This document shows positions 37,043-46,132 of a stretch of 64,000 bases of DNA, in pieces. Under the pieces are notes generated by a model. It did no database searches. It was not told the DNA's origin and saw only the letters and a program-made list of their open reading frames with translations. The translations under genes and the position numbers were made by a program. Source of the DNA: a virus; IMG/VR virus record IMGVR_UViG_3300025035_000001; one strand, 5' to 3'. Numbering within the stretch: the first letter of the stretch is position 1; each line of letters begins with the position of its first letter.

Positions 37043-38941
37043 TTAAAATAATATTAATTGTTTAGGTTCTATTTTATTTAGCAGCTCTTCTACTCTTGAA
37101 ATGTAATACTGATAATTAATGTTATTAGGAAATACGTTGGTGTGTTTATTATACAATGTAACTGGAACATCTTTTAACATATTTGCTAATCTACCTGTAT
37201 CTAATTTCTTTTTATACAAAAATTTACCATCTGTACTAGCGTAAAATCTATTCGTTCTTTGTTGTTTTTTATCGTCCCAATATACTTCATATTTTTTACT
37301 TACTTTTGGTGTGTTACAAAAGTCAAAAATATTTTTATGATTAATGATAAATGCAACAGGGTCAATATTTTTTATAAAATAAGCTTGAACGGCTTTTGGA
37401 ATTACTAAGTTATTACTACTATGAAAGAAAAACAATTGAGGATTTTTCATCAATCTACCTTTTTCTTTTATTTTACCTTCTTGTGTTATTGCAAAATAAG
37501 AATTTACATCTTCTCTTACAATCAAGTTATATTTTTCAGTTTCTAAAGGTATTTCAATTAAATCTTCCCACCATTTGATTATCTGTTTAACTGTTTCATG
37601 TTGATGTTTTAACACGTGTACTTCAACACCATCAGTATTCACACTAATAACTTTAACACCTTGTAATTCAAACTCTTCTGCTAACATAGTTAAAAATAAT
37701 TGACCGTTAATAGTAATTTTTAAATTAGCTACTGGGTCATACACCCAAGCATAAGCACTTTTTAAATTACCAGTATAACCATTTAGCAATAGTTTATATA
37801 AATCATTTAACATTTCAGCTTCTGAATCTACATTTCCTTCTTTTAAAGCCTTTTTAGCTCTTTTTTTAGCTTCTACTCTAGTGATGTATTTTTCTTTATA
37901 CAATTTAACAAAAGTAGAGTTTAAATGAGAAGGATAAAAATTGTAAACGAATGTTAAATGAGGATAATAACTTGTTGCATCTACTGCCCATATTTCACCA
38001 TTTAATAATGGTTTAATTACCGCTGATTTATCTTTTGTGTGTAAACCACCTACACCAAAAACAAATAAATTATCTTTAAACATTTGTTTAAAAGACCAAG
38101 AATTTTCATTGTTATCTTTAACTAAAGATATTCTTGAATTTAACAAGTCATTTAATACTTGTTGGAACTCTTTAGTCTTAAAGTTAACTTTATGATTAAT
38201 TAATTTTTTACCGTCTACGTAATTATGCGTTAGTATTTTAGGAACAACTTTAGATGCAGAAACATTAATACTTTTTGCGTATTCTTCTTTTAAAACATCA
38301 AGCCCCATGTTTACACCATCTGATGACATATAGTTTTTATTGTACTTTTTACTTACTTGAAACTTTAGATTTATATCTTGTTTCATTGCTTTAGCTAAAG
38401 TATAAGTAACTTTTACGTCATTTAAATTGTATTCTAAAACACTATCTATTTGTGATTCATCTATTTTTATTCCTGGTTGAAAAGGTAAATCTTGAATATT
38501 ATCAGCTTTTAAAAACGCAGCAGCCGTTTTTAAACTTATTTGTTTACTTCTTCTAATTAATTGTGTCCAATAAAGAAATAAGTCTACTTGTGTTATTTGA
38601 ACATTTCTAGGAGGATATTTGTAAGCTTTATATGCCTCATAATGTTCTTTTATAATATCTTCCGACAATTGAAATATAGCGTCACAAATTTTTTCACTGT
38701 TATTATTTTTATATTTACTAAAGTTTTTAATCAACATAAAAATTATAACATCATCATAATGCTTACTATTAAATCCTACCAAAAACATAGGATTGTTCAC
38801 GTAAAAATTATATATCATTAAATAATCATTTTTACGTGAACTTATTTCAAACTGATAAACCTGTTCACAGTTATTATAATCTAATATTGTAACTGTAAAC
38901 AGGTTAGGCGCAACCTCTATATCGTGAACGTAAATATTCAT
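37043..38941 (-). CDS. Family B DNA polymerase (crAss-type)
   Basis: Exonuclease motifs HDIE, GFNSKHYD and YNLNDV; polymerase motifs DATSYYP, KLLLNGYTG and NTDG. Confidence 0.9.
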   Translation of the reverse strand: MNIYVHDIEVAPNLFTVTILDYNNCEQVYQFEISSRKNDYLMIYNFYVNNPMFLVGFNSKHYDDVIIFMLIKNFSKYKNNNSEKICDAIFQLSEDIIKEHYEAYKAYKYPPRNVQITQVDLFLYWTQLIRRSKQISLKTAAAFLKADNIQDLPFQPGIKIDESQIDSVLEYNLNDVKVTYTLAKAMKQDINLKFQVSKKYNKNYMSSDGVNMGLDVLKEEYAKSINVSASKVVPKILTHNYVDGKKLINHKVNFKTKEFQQVLNDLLNSRISLVKDNNENSWSFKQMFKDNLFVFGVGGLHTKDKSAVIKPLLNGEIWAVDATSYYPHLTFVYNFYPSHLNSTFVKLYKEKYITRVEAKKRAKKALKEGNVDSEAEMLNDLYKLLLNGYTGNLKSAYAWVYDPVANLKITINGQLFLTMLAEEFELQGVKVISVNTDGVEVHVLKHQHETVKQIIKWWEDLIEIPLETEKYNLIVREDVNSYFAITQEGKIKEKGRLMKNPQLFFFHSSNNLVIPKAVQAYFIKNIDPVAFIINHKNIFDFCNTPKVSKKYEVYWDDKKQQRTNRFYASTDGKFLYKKKLDTGRLANMLKDVPVTLYNKHTNVFPNNINYQYYISRVEELLNKIEPKQLILF

Positions 38942-39757
38942 TTATTCTTTTTTAATTAAAACTTTGCTATCAGGATTTCTTAAATCCAAAGCCACTTGAA
39001 AATTACCTGGTATTTCCATTACAGAAAAGTCTTTTAAAGATATTTCAGAATCTAAACCACTTTCATCGTAGTCTTCTTGATAACCTTCACTAACTACCAT
39101 CTGATAATAGTATTCTCTTTCTCCATCAGGGCTAAATGGTTTTAAATCTAAGTCTTTTGGCTTAGAAGCGAAAGTTTTTTTAGAAATATGAATATTTTTT
39201 AATACCGTTCCAGCAACAAAATTATCTTCAATAAATCTATCATAAAACAAAGGGTCATACCATTTTGCAGCATATCTATATTTATTTGGATAACCTTCTT
39301 GTGGATATATCATGTCGGTATTCACTCGATAAGCATCGTTGTCCATTAAGTCAAACCAAATACCTCTTATACACTCAGGTTGTATTCCAAGTTTTTTATC
39401 ATTACGAAGTTGTTTAATAATTAAATCTTGCCCTTGAAACAACGTTCCGTAAACCAATTGTGCATTTTTTGCACTTTCCATTTCTATCTGAACACTTTTA
39501 TTAAGATAAAATGTAACTTCTTGTTGTCGTAATATAATCATTTTACCTTTTGGAGTTGCTAAAGAAGAATTTTCTTTTGGTGTCTGATATATCTCTACTG
39601 GTCCAAATATTCTTCTTCGATAACATATCTCTTCTTCGATTAACTTAGGATTTATTAATTTTTCCTTAGTTAAAGGATTCATAACTGTTCGCACTGGACT
39701 TAAATTAGGTTTTCCAGCAAAAACCCACTTTTCATAATTCTGTTTTAATACATTCAT
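38942..39757 (-). CDS. Hypothetical protein
   Basis: ORF track, 271 aa. Confidence 0.75.
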   Translation of the reverse strand: MNVLKQNYEKWVFAGKPNLSPVRTVMNPLTKEKLINPKLIEEEICYRRRIFGPVEIYQTPKENSSLATPKGKMIILRQQEVTFYLNKSVQIEMESAKNAQLVYGTLFQGQDLIIKQLRNDKKLGIQPECIRGIWFDLMDNDAYRVNTDMIYPQEGYPNKYRYAAKWYDPLFYDRFIEDNFVAGTVLKNIHISKKTFASKPKDLDLKPFSPDGEREYYYQMVVSEGYQEDYDESGLDSEISLKDFSVMEIPGNFQVALDLRNPDSKVLIKKE

Positions 39758-39784
39758 AATTTAAAAGGAATTTAAGAAAGATTT

Positions 39785-40411
39785 TTAGTTTAAAATCCAC
39801 TTTTTTCCTGTTACTGTTTTTAATTTTAGAATTACTTTTTCTTTTTTACAAGTTACTAATATCTTAGACTTTTTAATTTTAACTACTGTCTGCCACACAT
39901 AAGTAAGATAAACTACTTTTAATTTAGTAGTATATTCTTTATCTTCAGCATATCCTGAATTACCAATTTTTTCTATTTGCTTAACAATATCATTTGTTTC
40001 AAATATTCCTCGGTAACGATTATATTTATTTAAGAATTTACAATAATCTGCAATTGCTTTACCTAACGTATCATATATTCTATGACGACGTAAACGCAAC
40101 GTTTGATTATCAATAACTAATTCAGTAGGATGATATTCATCTATTCTATTAGTTAAGTTATAAATTCTAAAATATTCATCATCTAGGATAAAACCTTGTT
40201 CTTGTATAGCTTGTGTTATAGCTAATTCTGGATTGATATTGTATTTTGTAAAAGTATCTTTGTAAGAATACAAAAGAAAGACATACGCTTCTTTGTAATC
40301 CATTGGTTCAAAATCATAATATTCTTCTACGTTTAAGTTTTTTTCTAAACGAGGAGCACTCGCATACAAAATTGAACTGAACAATAAAAGGATTACTATA
40401 AAATACCTCAT
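39785..40411 (-). CDS. GH73/glucosaminidase-like peptidoglycan hydrolase with signal peptide
   Basis: N-terminal hydrophobic signal; TQAIQEQG; GYAEDKEY. Confidence 0.7.
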   Translation of the reverse strand: MRYFIVILLLFSSILYASAPRLEKNLNVEEYYDFEPMDYKEAYVFLLYSYKDTFTKYNINPELAITQAIQEQGFILDDEYFRIYNLTNRIDEYHPTELVIDNQTLRLRRHRIYDTLGKAIADYCKFLNKYNRYRGIFETNDIVKQIEKIGNSGYAEDKEYTTKLKVVYLTYVWQTVVKIKKSKILVTCKKEKVILKLKTVTGKKWILN

Positions 40412-40460
40412 AAGTTGTTTGTTTGGTAAACTGACTAAAATACAATTGTCAAGCTAATAA

Positions 40461-40784
40461 TTATATATTTAGTTCTTTACATCCTTTATTAGTGATTCTA
40501 CCAATAACTTCAAATACTTCTTTACAAGTAGTTTCTGCTATTTCACTAACTAGAATCAACTCACTTGGAAATTGATAAGAACCTTCAAACCAATCTGATG
40601 AAGGTTTAAACATTTTATAATTTTTACCTAATGGAATTGACGTACCTAAAGCTCGTACGTATAATTTATCATTTTTTATTTTAATTACTATTACTGGTCT
40701 TTTTTTTCTACCGTTATCATACACTTTACTTAATTTAACCAGTACAATATCTCTCTCTTTAATCTGAAATGCATTTTTTATCAT
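40461..40784 (-). CDS. PemK/MazF-fold protein
   Basis: DIVLVK...GRKKRPVIVI...ALGTS...IG pattern. Confidence 0.55.
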   Translation of the reverse strand: MIKNAFQIKERDIVLVKLSKVYDNGRKKRPVIVIKIKNDKLYVRALGTSIPLGKNYKMFKPSSDWFEGSYQFPSELILVSEIAETTCKEVFEVIGRITNKGCKELNI

Positions 40785-40850
40785 TTGAACATTTTTTAAC
40801 TATTAAATAGGTTCTTCATTATTTTAAAAACAATGAAAAACCTATTTAAA

Positions 40851-41141
40851 TTATGCACTTAAGACTACTTTTTTTTGCGTTATTACGCTTTGAACTTTAC
40901 TACGATAAAAACGCATTTGTTTTTTTAAATTACGTAGTTTAAATTCATAGTTTTTGTCTTCCGTGTTTAAACGTTGAATACACTTATGACAAAATCTTTC
41001 TTCTTTACGAAATTTGTATTCTTGCGTAATATAATTTGCAAGAATTACTGCTTTAGTGATTTTTCTGGTATCTTTTTGTTTTTTAGGAGCACCTTTCATC
41101 AATAAGATGTCTCCAATACTTACTTTATGTTTTCTATTCAT
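40851..41141 (-). CDS. Basic hypothetical protein
   Basis: ORF track, 96 aa. Confidence 0.6.
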   Translation of the reverse strand: MNRKHKVSIGDILLMKGAPKKQKDTRKITKAVILANYITQEYKFRKEERFCHKCIQRLNTEDKNYEFKLRNLKKQMRFYRSKVQSVITQKKVVLSA

Positions 41142-41156
41142 TGTTTTTTAATTTAT

Positions 41157-41408
41157 TTAAAAAATTTTTAATTCAGATTCATCATCAAACTTAAAATCGT
41201 CAAACTCAAAATCTTCATCTTCATCATTTTTAAAAGACAACCATAAGTCGAATTCTTGTTCAAAATCCATTTTTTCTTTGGTTTCTTTTTCCCATTGATT
41301 ATAATCAAAGGTATTAATAGAGGTTACTACAGAACCAAAAACAGTTAACCCAAAAGATAAAGTAAATGCACTAACACCGATTAATAAATTCAAAATGATT
41401 TCATTCAT
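41157..41408 (-). CDS. Small membrane protein with acidic tail
   Basis: N-terminal hydrophobic helix; D/E-rich C-terminus. Confidence 0.65.
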   Translation of the reverse strand: MNEIILNLLIGVSAFTLSFGLTVFGSVVTSINTFDYNQWEKETKEKMDFEQEFDLWLSFKNDEDEDFEFDDFKFDDESELKIF

Positions 41409-41437
41409 GTTATTTAATTTAGTTGTTTATATTCTAC

Positions 41438-41890
41438 CTACTTGAAAATATGCCACAAATGAGAATTTTTATCCACATTTGCTTGGACTAAATAATTTTT
41501 CGCAGACGCTTTCTTATTTTTTTGTAAATAAATATTTACAACTAATGCATGTTGTTCATATAATATTGCAGCATCTAATAATCTTGGATTGTTAGAAGCT
41601 TTCATAATAAATAACAACTGACGAATTCCGTCGTCTGAACGGTAATTATCTAATGCGATATGCAGTTCTGTAATGGCATTAGTTGTGTCTTTCATTTGCA
41701 TACTTGCGAATGCTTGACGCTCCCAAAGTTTATACTTTACACGTGGATGTTGTGACTTTAAAATCATCATTGCATAAAGTTGTTTAGCTTCTCTAAATTT
41801 ACCAGCTAAACATAGACTATCTGCTTCTTTAAGTTGTGCGTGAGCATTAAACGCAAATAAAAGAATTATAAAACTGACTAATTTTTTCAT
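41438..41890 (-). CDS. Secreted TPR-like helical protein
   Basis: Sec signal MKKLVSFIILLFAFNAHA; repeated helical pattern. Confidence 0.65.
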   Translation of the reverse strand: MKKLVSFIILLFAFNAHAQLKEADSLCLAGKFREAKQLYAMMILKSQHPRVKYKLWERQAFASMQMKDTTNAITELHIALDNYRSDDGIRQLLFIMKASNNPRLLDAAILYEQHALVVNIYLQKNKKASAKNYLVQANVDKNSHLWHIFK

Positions 41891-41925
41891 TATTTTATAT
41901 TTTAGCGTTAAAAATTAAAAACAAA

Positions 41926-41954
41926 AAACCCTTAATTTAAAAGACTAAGGGTTT
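41926..41954 (-). terminator. Intrinsic terminator
   Basis: aaaccctta / taagggttt 9-bp stem with an A tract on the left. Confidence 0.7.
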
Positions 41955-41976
41955 AAAATCTTAAATTTTACTAAGT

Positions 41977-42198
41977 TTATTTTAAATCTTTGGCAGTGTA
42001 TATTTTATTTACTCCATTACACGTTGCTTCAAATAACGTTCTGTCAAACGACACCCATTCTACTTGACATTTGCAATTTTTAATAATTACATTCTGTCTA
42101 GGTTGAACATCAACAGGTATAAAAATATCACCTTTGATGTAAAAGAATACATGCACCAGTATTACAAGTGCTATCACAAAACAAAAGAATTTATTCAT
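41977..42198 (-). CDS. Small membrane-anchored protein
   Basis: N-terminal TM segment; three Cys in the soluble part. Confidence 0.65.
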   Translation of the reverse strand: MNKFFCFVIALVILVHVFFYIKGDIFIPVDVQPRQNVIIKNCKCQVEWVSFDRTLFEATCNGVNKIYTAKDLK

Positions 42199-42346
42199 GA
42201 TTAAGTTGTTTTAAACTTAATACTTGAAATCCTTTTCTTTCAACTGTGTCATAAGCTTTACACATTGCTTCTACAATGTCTTCACTTACTACTTTTATTA
42301 CTTTTGATGTTCGATTATTTAATCGAACTTTAAATTTGTATTGCAT
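42191..42346 (-). CDS. Small protein (51 aa), T7 Gp2-like sequence pattern
   Basis: Hand translation MQYKFKVRLNNRTSKVIKVVSEDIVEAMCKAYDTVERKGFQVLSLKQLNHE; starts 3 nt after the upstream stop. Confidence 0.65.
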   Translation of the reverse strand: MQYKFKVRLNNRTSKVIKVVSEDIVEAMCKAYDTVERKGFQVLSLKQLNHE

Positions 42347-42348
42347 AC

Positions 42349-43242
42349 TTAATAATCTAACAAGTGTAAATTATATTTTTCAATTATACTTTTCAACTGC
42401 TCTCCATACACTGGAGATGTTGCGTAGCCCACACCACCATACTTTGTAGAACCAATCATATTTGCCCATTCTTTATAATTTTTACCTTTTGTAAACAACG
42501 GTGCATACCGAATATTAGTAGATAAAAATAAAGAATGTTCTCTAAACGATTCCCAAGCACTACCATAGTTTTTAAAACGGTCTTTTACTTTACATTTGTA
42601 AAGTTTTTTACCTTTTTTTATAACTATTTGTTTAGAAATAATTTTACGCTTATTTTTTTTAATTTCTTTAGCGTTAAAATATTCTGTAGTGATAATTGGT
42701 GTAGAAAATTGAGATTTATCTTTAATTCCAAAATAGTTATTATTAACTACTTTACTTCCCCAACCTGTTTCTAACGCAGATTGTGCAAGAATAATAGAAG
42801 CCGGAATATGAAACTTCGTTTGTTCCATTAAAGATGTTTCAATTTTGTTTACTTCCTTATTATCAGTAAAGAAATCATACACATGTTGACGTATTGTATT
42901 GTCATTTAACAATAACTTTTTGAACATTATTGCTATTTGTGTATTCATTTCTTTAATTTTTTCTGTATCAAGTTGGTCTACTCGATTCACTTTGTGTGCA
43001 ATCAAGTATTTAAATACCAATTGCTGTCTTTTTACAATAAACTCATCTTTACTGAAAATTACAGTTTTCGGTTCAGGTTGAGAAGCTGTTTTAACTTCTA
43101 CTGTTTTAATAGTAGGTTCGATTTTAAAACTAGCTAACATTGTAAAAATAATACACATAAGAATGAAGATTAACCAACGAAGGTTAAGTAACTTTAACTC
43201 AGTAAAGTCCACGGTAATTATAAGATATTGATTTTTTTTCAT
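42349..43242 (-). CDS. GH73 glucosaminidase (FlgJ-type) with N-terminal membrane anchor
   Basis: IILAQSALETGWG, NNYFGIK, F..Y.S..ESF..H, GYATSPVYG. Confidence 0.85.
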   Translation of the reverse strand: MKKNQYLIITVDFTELKLLNLRWLIFILMCIIFTMLASFKIEPTIKTVEVKTASQPEPKTVIFSKDEFIVKRQQLVFKYLIAHKVNRVDQLDTEKIKEMNTQIAIMFKKLLLNDNTIRQHVYDFFTDNKEVNKIETSLMEQTKFHIPASIILAQSALETGWGSKVVNNNYFGIKDKSQFSTPIITTEYFNAKEIKKNKRKIISKQIVIKKGKKLYKCKVKDRFKNYGSAWESFREHSLFLSTNIRYAPLFTKGKNYKEWANMIGSTKYGGVGYATSPVYGEQLKSIIEKYNLHLLDY

Positions 43243-43260
43243 CCTTAAAGATAATAAAAA

Positions 43261-43281
43261 AGGGAGAATATTATTCTCCCT
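43261..43281 (-). terminator. Intrinsic terminator
   Basis: agggagaat / attctccct 9-bp stem with an A tract on the left. Confidence 0.7.
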
Positions 43282-43286
43282 ATCTA

Positions 43287-43424
43287 TTAAATTTGAACTA
43301 CTGAAAGGATTACAATTCCTTCTGATTGTAGTTCTTTAATAGCTGCTTTCCTATCAACAGCCTCGACAATACCTGTTACAATGACTCTACCCCGAGTAGT
43401 GTAACTAAACGCAAATGTTTTCAT
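43287..43424 (-). CDS. Small protein (45 aa), beta-beta-alpha-beta pattern
   Basis: Hand translation MKTFAFSYTTRGRVIVTGIVEAVDRKAAIKELQSEGIVILSVVQI; has its own terminator. Confidence 0.65.
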   Translation of the reverse strand: MKTFAFSYTTRGRVIVTGIVEAVDRKAAIKELQSEGIVILSVVQI

Positions 43425-43451
43425 TGTTTAATGTTTATAAATTAAAAAAAA

Positions 43452-43883
43452 TTATTTATTTGTTTTTGAAAGTTTTAAACCTTCAAGTTGATGCACATAT
43501 CTTAGTGCATTTAGCTTTTTTTCAAGGTTGCGTTTAGACTTACCTTTTGCAACGCTATAGCTACCTTCGTCAAGAATAGTTAAAATTTTGTTAATTCTAA
43601 AAACTTCATATCTACCACCATGTAGATATAATTTTGCACCTTTTAACAACTCTGGTAAAGCTGTTATTTCGATACGGTCATCCGTTTTAAAAATAACCCA
43701 TTTACCTTGAGTTGTTCTCACAACATCAAAGTTTAACTCTACAAGCGTCTTACCATCTTCAATGTAATAACCTCTTGTAAAAAGTTCAGCATTGTCTAAT
43801 TCAATAGCGGATATTTCATCATTTTGTGCCATTAAACTTAGTGACATCATTAATCCGCTTAATATCAATATTAATTTTTTCAT
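43452..43883 (-). CDS. Secreted hypothetical protein
   Basis: Sec signal MKKLILILSGLMMSLSLMA. Confidence 0.7.
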   Translation of the reverse strand: MKKLILILSGLMMSLSLMAQNDEISAIELDNAELFTRGYYIEDGKTLVELNFDVVRTTQGKWVIFKTDDRIEITALPELLKGAKLYLHGGRYEVFRINKILTILDEGSYSVAKGKSKRNLEKKLNALRYVHQLEGLKLSKTNK

Positions 43884-44062
43884 TTTTTTTTATTGTTTTT
43901 GAAATAGTATTATTTTAAATACTAAAGTTTATACCTACAAACATATATTACAACTTCTACTATAAACCCTTTTCAATAAAATGAAAAAGTAAAAGTAGGA
44001 ATAATTAATTGCTAAGAAATACTATAATTTTTTGCACAATTAATTCAAGCGGTGCGATAACT

Positions 44063-44256
44063 GAGGCGTTTAGTTCAATATTGTTGAATATAAAGCCTAA
44101 ACCTAGCATCACCACTTTAGGTAATGCTAGGTATTTAAGCAGTTTTTTATTTTTTTACCACTTTCATATTATGAAATGGTAATTTTGAAAGAGCTAACCT
44201 AGTTCTTTCAAGTTCGGCTTCTGTTCTCGAGTGAAATGCTTTTTGAACAACGCCTC
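44063..44256 (-). ncRNA. Candidate multi-stem structured RNA overlapping a small ORF
   Basis: Long-range pairs 44063-44070/44249-44256 and 44073-44078/44243-44248 enclose three hairpins. Confidence 0.35.
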
Positions 44257-44278
44257 CTAAGTGAATTATGTAGTACAT
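44147..44278 (-). CDS. Small protein (43 aa)
   Basis: Hand translation MYYIIHLGGVVQKAFHSRTEAELERTRLALSKLPFHNMKVVKK; followed by a 9-bp hairpin (44101-44132). Confidence 0.5.
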   Translation of the reverse strand: MYYIIHLGGVVQKAFHSRTEAELERTRLALSKLPFHNMKVVKK

Positions 44279-44407
44279 AAAATACAATTTAATATTTAAA
44301 AATTAATAAAGATTAATACTATTAACTGCTTTAGTATATGTCTTCTACTGTTAAAAGAGTAGATACACGTATTTCACAAGAGCCTAATTCATATACAGTT
44401 ACTTTCG

Positions 44408-44455
44408 TAAATCGTCAGGAATCGAACCTGATTGGTAACCGTCTCACCGATTTTA
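44408..44455 (-). ncRNA. tRNA-like fragment (T-arm plus acceptor-like stem); not a complete tRNA
   Basis: Minus strand tcagg-TTCGATT-cctga T-arm, aaatcg/cgattt closing stem and a short extra hairpin. Confidence 0.35.
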
Positions 44456-44797
44456 GGCACTTTAAATTATATACTGCATACGTACCTAAAATATGCAGTA
44501 ATTTCGGGATGTCGGAAAAGTGAGGTTTTGTTTAAGTTGTTGATTATCAACCACTTACACTCACTTTTCCAACAAAAATACATACACTTAACAAGCTCTA
44601 CAATGATTATTGTGTTAAGTTTTCATTAAGTTTTTCTTAATGAATCTTAACGGCTTGTTAAATTCTCTTAATAATTGTTAATGTTCCGCTGTCAACTGGA
44701 ACTTTAATTAAAAAGTGAATACACGTGTTGCTAATCTGCTATCACCTAGATTAGTTAATACACGTGAGTGTACTTATCCCCGAAGGGTGGTAAGGCA

Positions 44798-45181
44798 CTA
44801 TAACAGTGCCTTACCAAAAACGCCTACCTTACCCTCTACCTCTTCACCACCTATTGCTGGGTACAGTTGCACCGCTAGCATCCCAGCGGGCACGGTGGTC
44901 ACGTCTCGGTCAAACGTGATTCTCAGTAGCTTAGAAATATTCCCGTCAGTGACTGGAATATTTAATGCTGGTACTTGAAGTGGTTTCAGAAAATCCTCTC
45001 TTTTAGCGATTTGTGCGGGTGTCGGTTTCTTACCCAACGCATATCCCTCCCGATCAGCTAATTTTCGGTGCTGACCGGTGTTTATTTTTTCCGTCAGAGT
45101 TATCTCCTCCGGAATGGTCAACTCCACGAGGTCTCCCCCGTGAATTTTTTCCATTACTGAGCTCTTAATTTTAACAATCAT
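44798..45181 (-). CDS. Hypothetical protein, first gene of the leftward block, GC-rich
   Basis: ORF track; 146 of 300 bases are G+C in 44821-45120; ccc-TTCG-ggg hairpin follows the stop. Confidence 0.7.
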   Translation of the reverse strand: MIVKIKSSVMEKIHGGDLVELTIPEEITLTEKINTGQHRKLADREGYALGKKPTPAQIAKREDFLKPLQVPALNIPVTDGNISKLLRITFDRDVTTVPAGMLAVQLYPAIGGEEVEGKVGVFGKALL

Positions 45182-45480
45182 ATTTAAAAATTTAATTCCC
45201 TGAAATAAACTAAATCAGTGCAACCATCAGGGGTAGCTACACCAAAAACTAGCAGAGTGGGGAGCTGTTGGTAGTACTCCACTGTCTCTTCGATTACACA
45301 ATTGTTTTACTTGTTACCAGAACCTTTTTTTCTATCGTTACTGTTTTTTTTTATTACTGTACAGTTGTTTTTGTGTTTTCCACTTTTTTTTAACTTCATA
45401 ATCCCTTAGTTAAATCAGATGCTCTTTTTTTTGATTCTGCTTATAAATCAGTACTCTTGATCAACACTAAACATAATACT

Positions 45481-45771
45481 ATGCTTTTTATAATCACCAC
45501 ACACGCAAAAAAAAGGTTAAAAGAACGCATGAAATCAAATATTAAAGCAGAGACTTTAGCGAAGAGAGCATACTACCGGGGGGTTAAGTATGAGAATATA
45601 GAAGACGGGGGGTTGTTTCGACTACTTGCTAAATTATTAGTTTCCGAGAATAGGACTTTAAGAATTTATGGTAATATGATTTTTATATTTAATAGTGAAC
45701 CAAAGAGGGTGTGTTTAATCACGGTACTTTATTTACCTAAAGCTTACAGGTCGATTAAGTCGTTAAGGTAG
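45481..45771 (+). CDS. DUF4258/RelE-like small nuclease-fold protein
   Basis: ITTHAKKRLKER...YGNMIFIF...LITV pattern; likely start MLFII at 45481. Confidence 0.5.
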   Translation: MLFIITTHAKKRLKERMKSNIKAETLAKRAYYRGVKYENIEDGGLFRLLAKLLVSENRTLRIYGNMIFIFNSEPKRVCLITVLYLPKAYRSIKSLR

Positions 45772-45964
45772 TTTTATTTTGATTGTATGTAGCCTTGTTA
45801 TCCAGTTAAATGAGCTTATGTTACTATGAGCTTATGTTTTTATAAACGCCCATTCGTCGTAGCAAAGGTAATTTCATTTCGGGCTTAATATCCTTTATAT
45901 ATATAGGGTAACATTGTATACATTATGTTTAATATAGTTGTAAGGCGGTTTTTAAAACGCTATT

Positions 45965-46025
45965 GGGGTACGTGGTGTATCCCCGTAGGGTAACGTGGTG
46001 TATCCTATGTAGGTATACACCACGT
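45965..46025. repeat. Iteron-like repeats (ACGTGGTGTAT x2 direct, x1 inverted)
   Basis: Copies at 45970-45980, 45993-46003 and inverted at 46015-46025. Confidence 0.85.
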
Positions 46026-46101
46026 ATACTTTCGAGATGTACGAAAGTGAACATCAAGTATTTTATGTTAATAAATGTTAATAAAGATAAAAGTATTTTA
46101 T

Positions 46102-46132
46102 TTTGATTAACGGTATACTTTTTTTATCTTTG
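46102..46132 (+). promoter_or_regulatory. Bacteroidota primary-sigma-type promoter
   Basis: TTTG (46102-46105), 19-nt spacer, TATCTTTG (46125-46132), 28 nt before the RepL-like start. Confidence 0.7.

Noticed and set aside
44405-44500. A complete functional tRNA gene
   Set aside because: No pairing 5' acceptor strand, no valid anticodon stem and no CCA; kept only as a tRNA-like fragment.
44338-44978. Plus-strand ORFs 44338..44523, 44432..44629 and 44715..44978
   Set aside because: They oppose local gene direction, overlap hairpin-rich DNA or a real minus-strand gene, and have no motifs.
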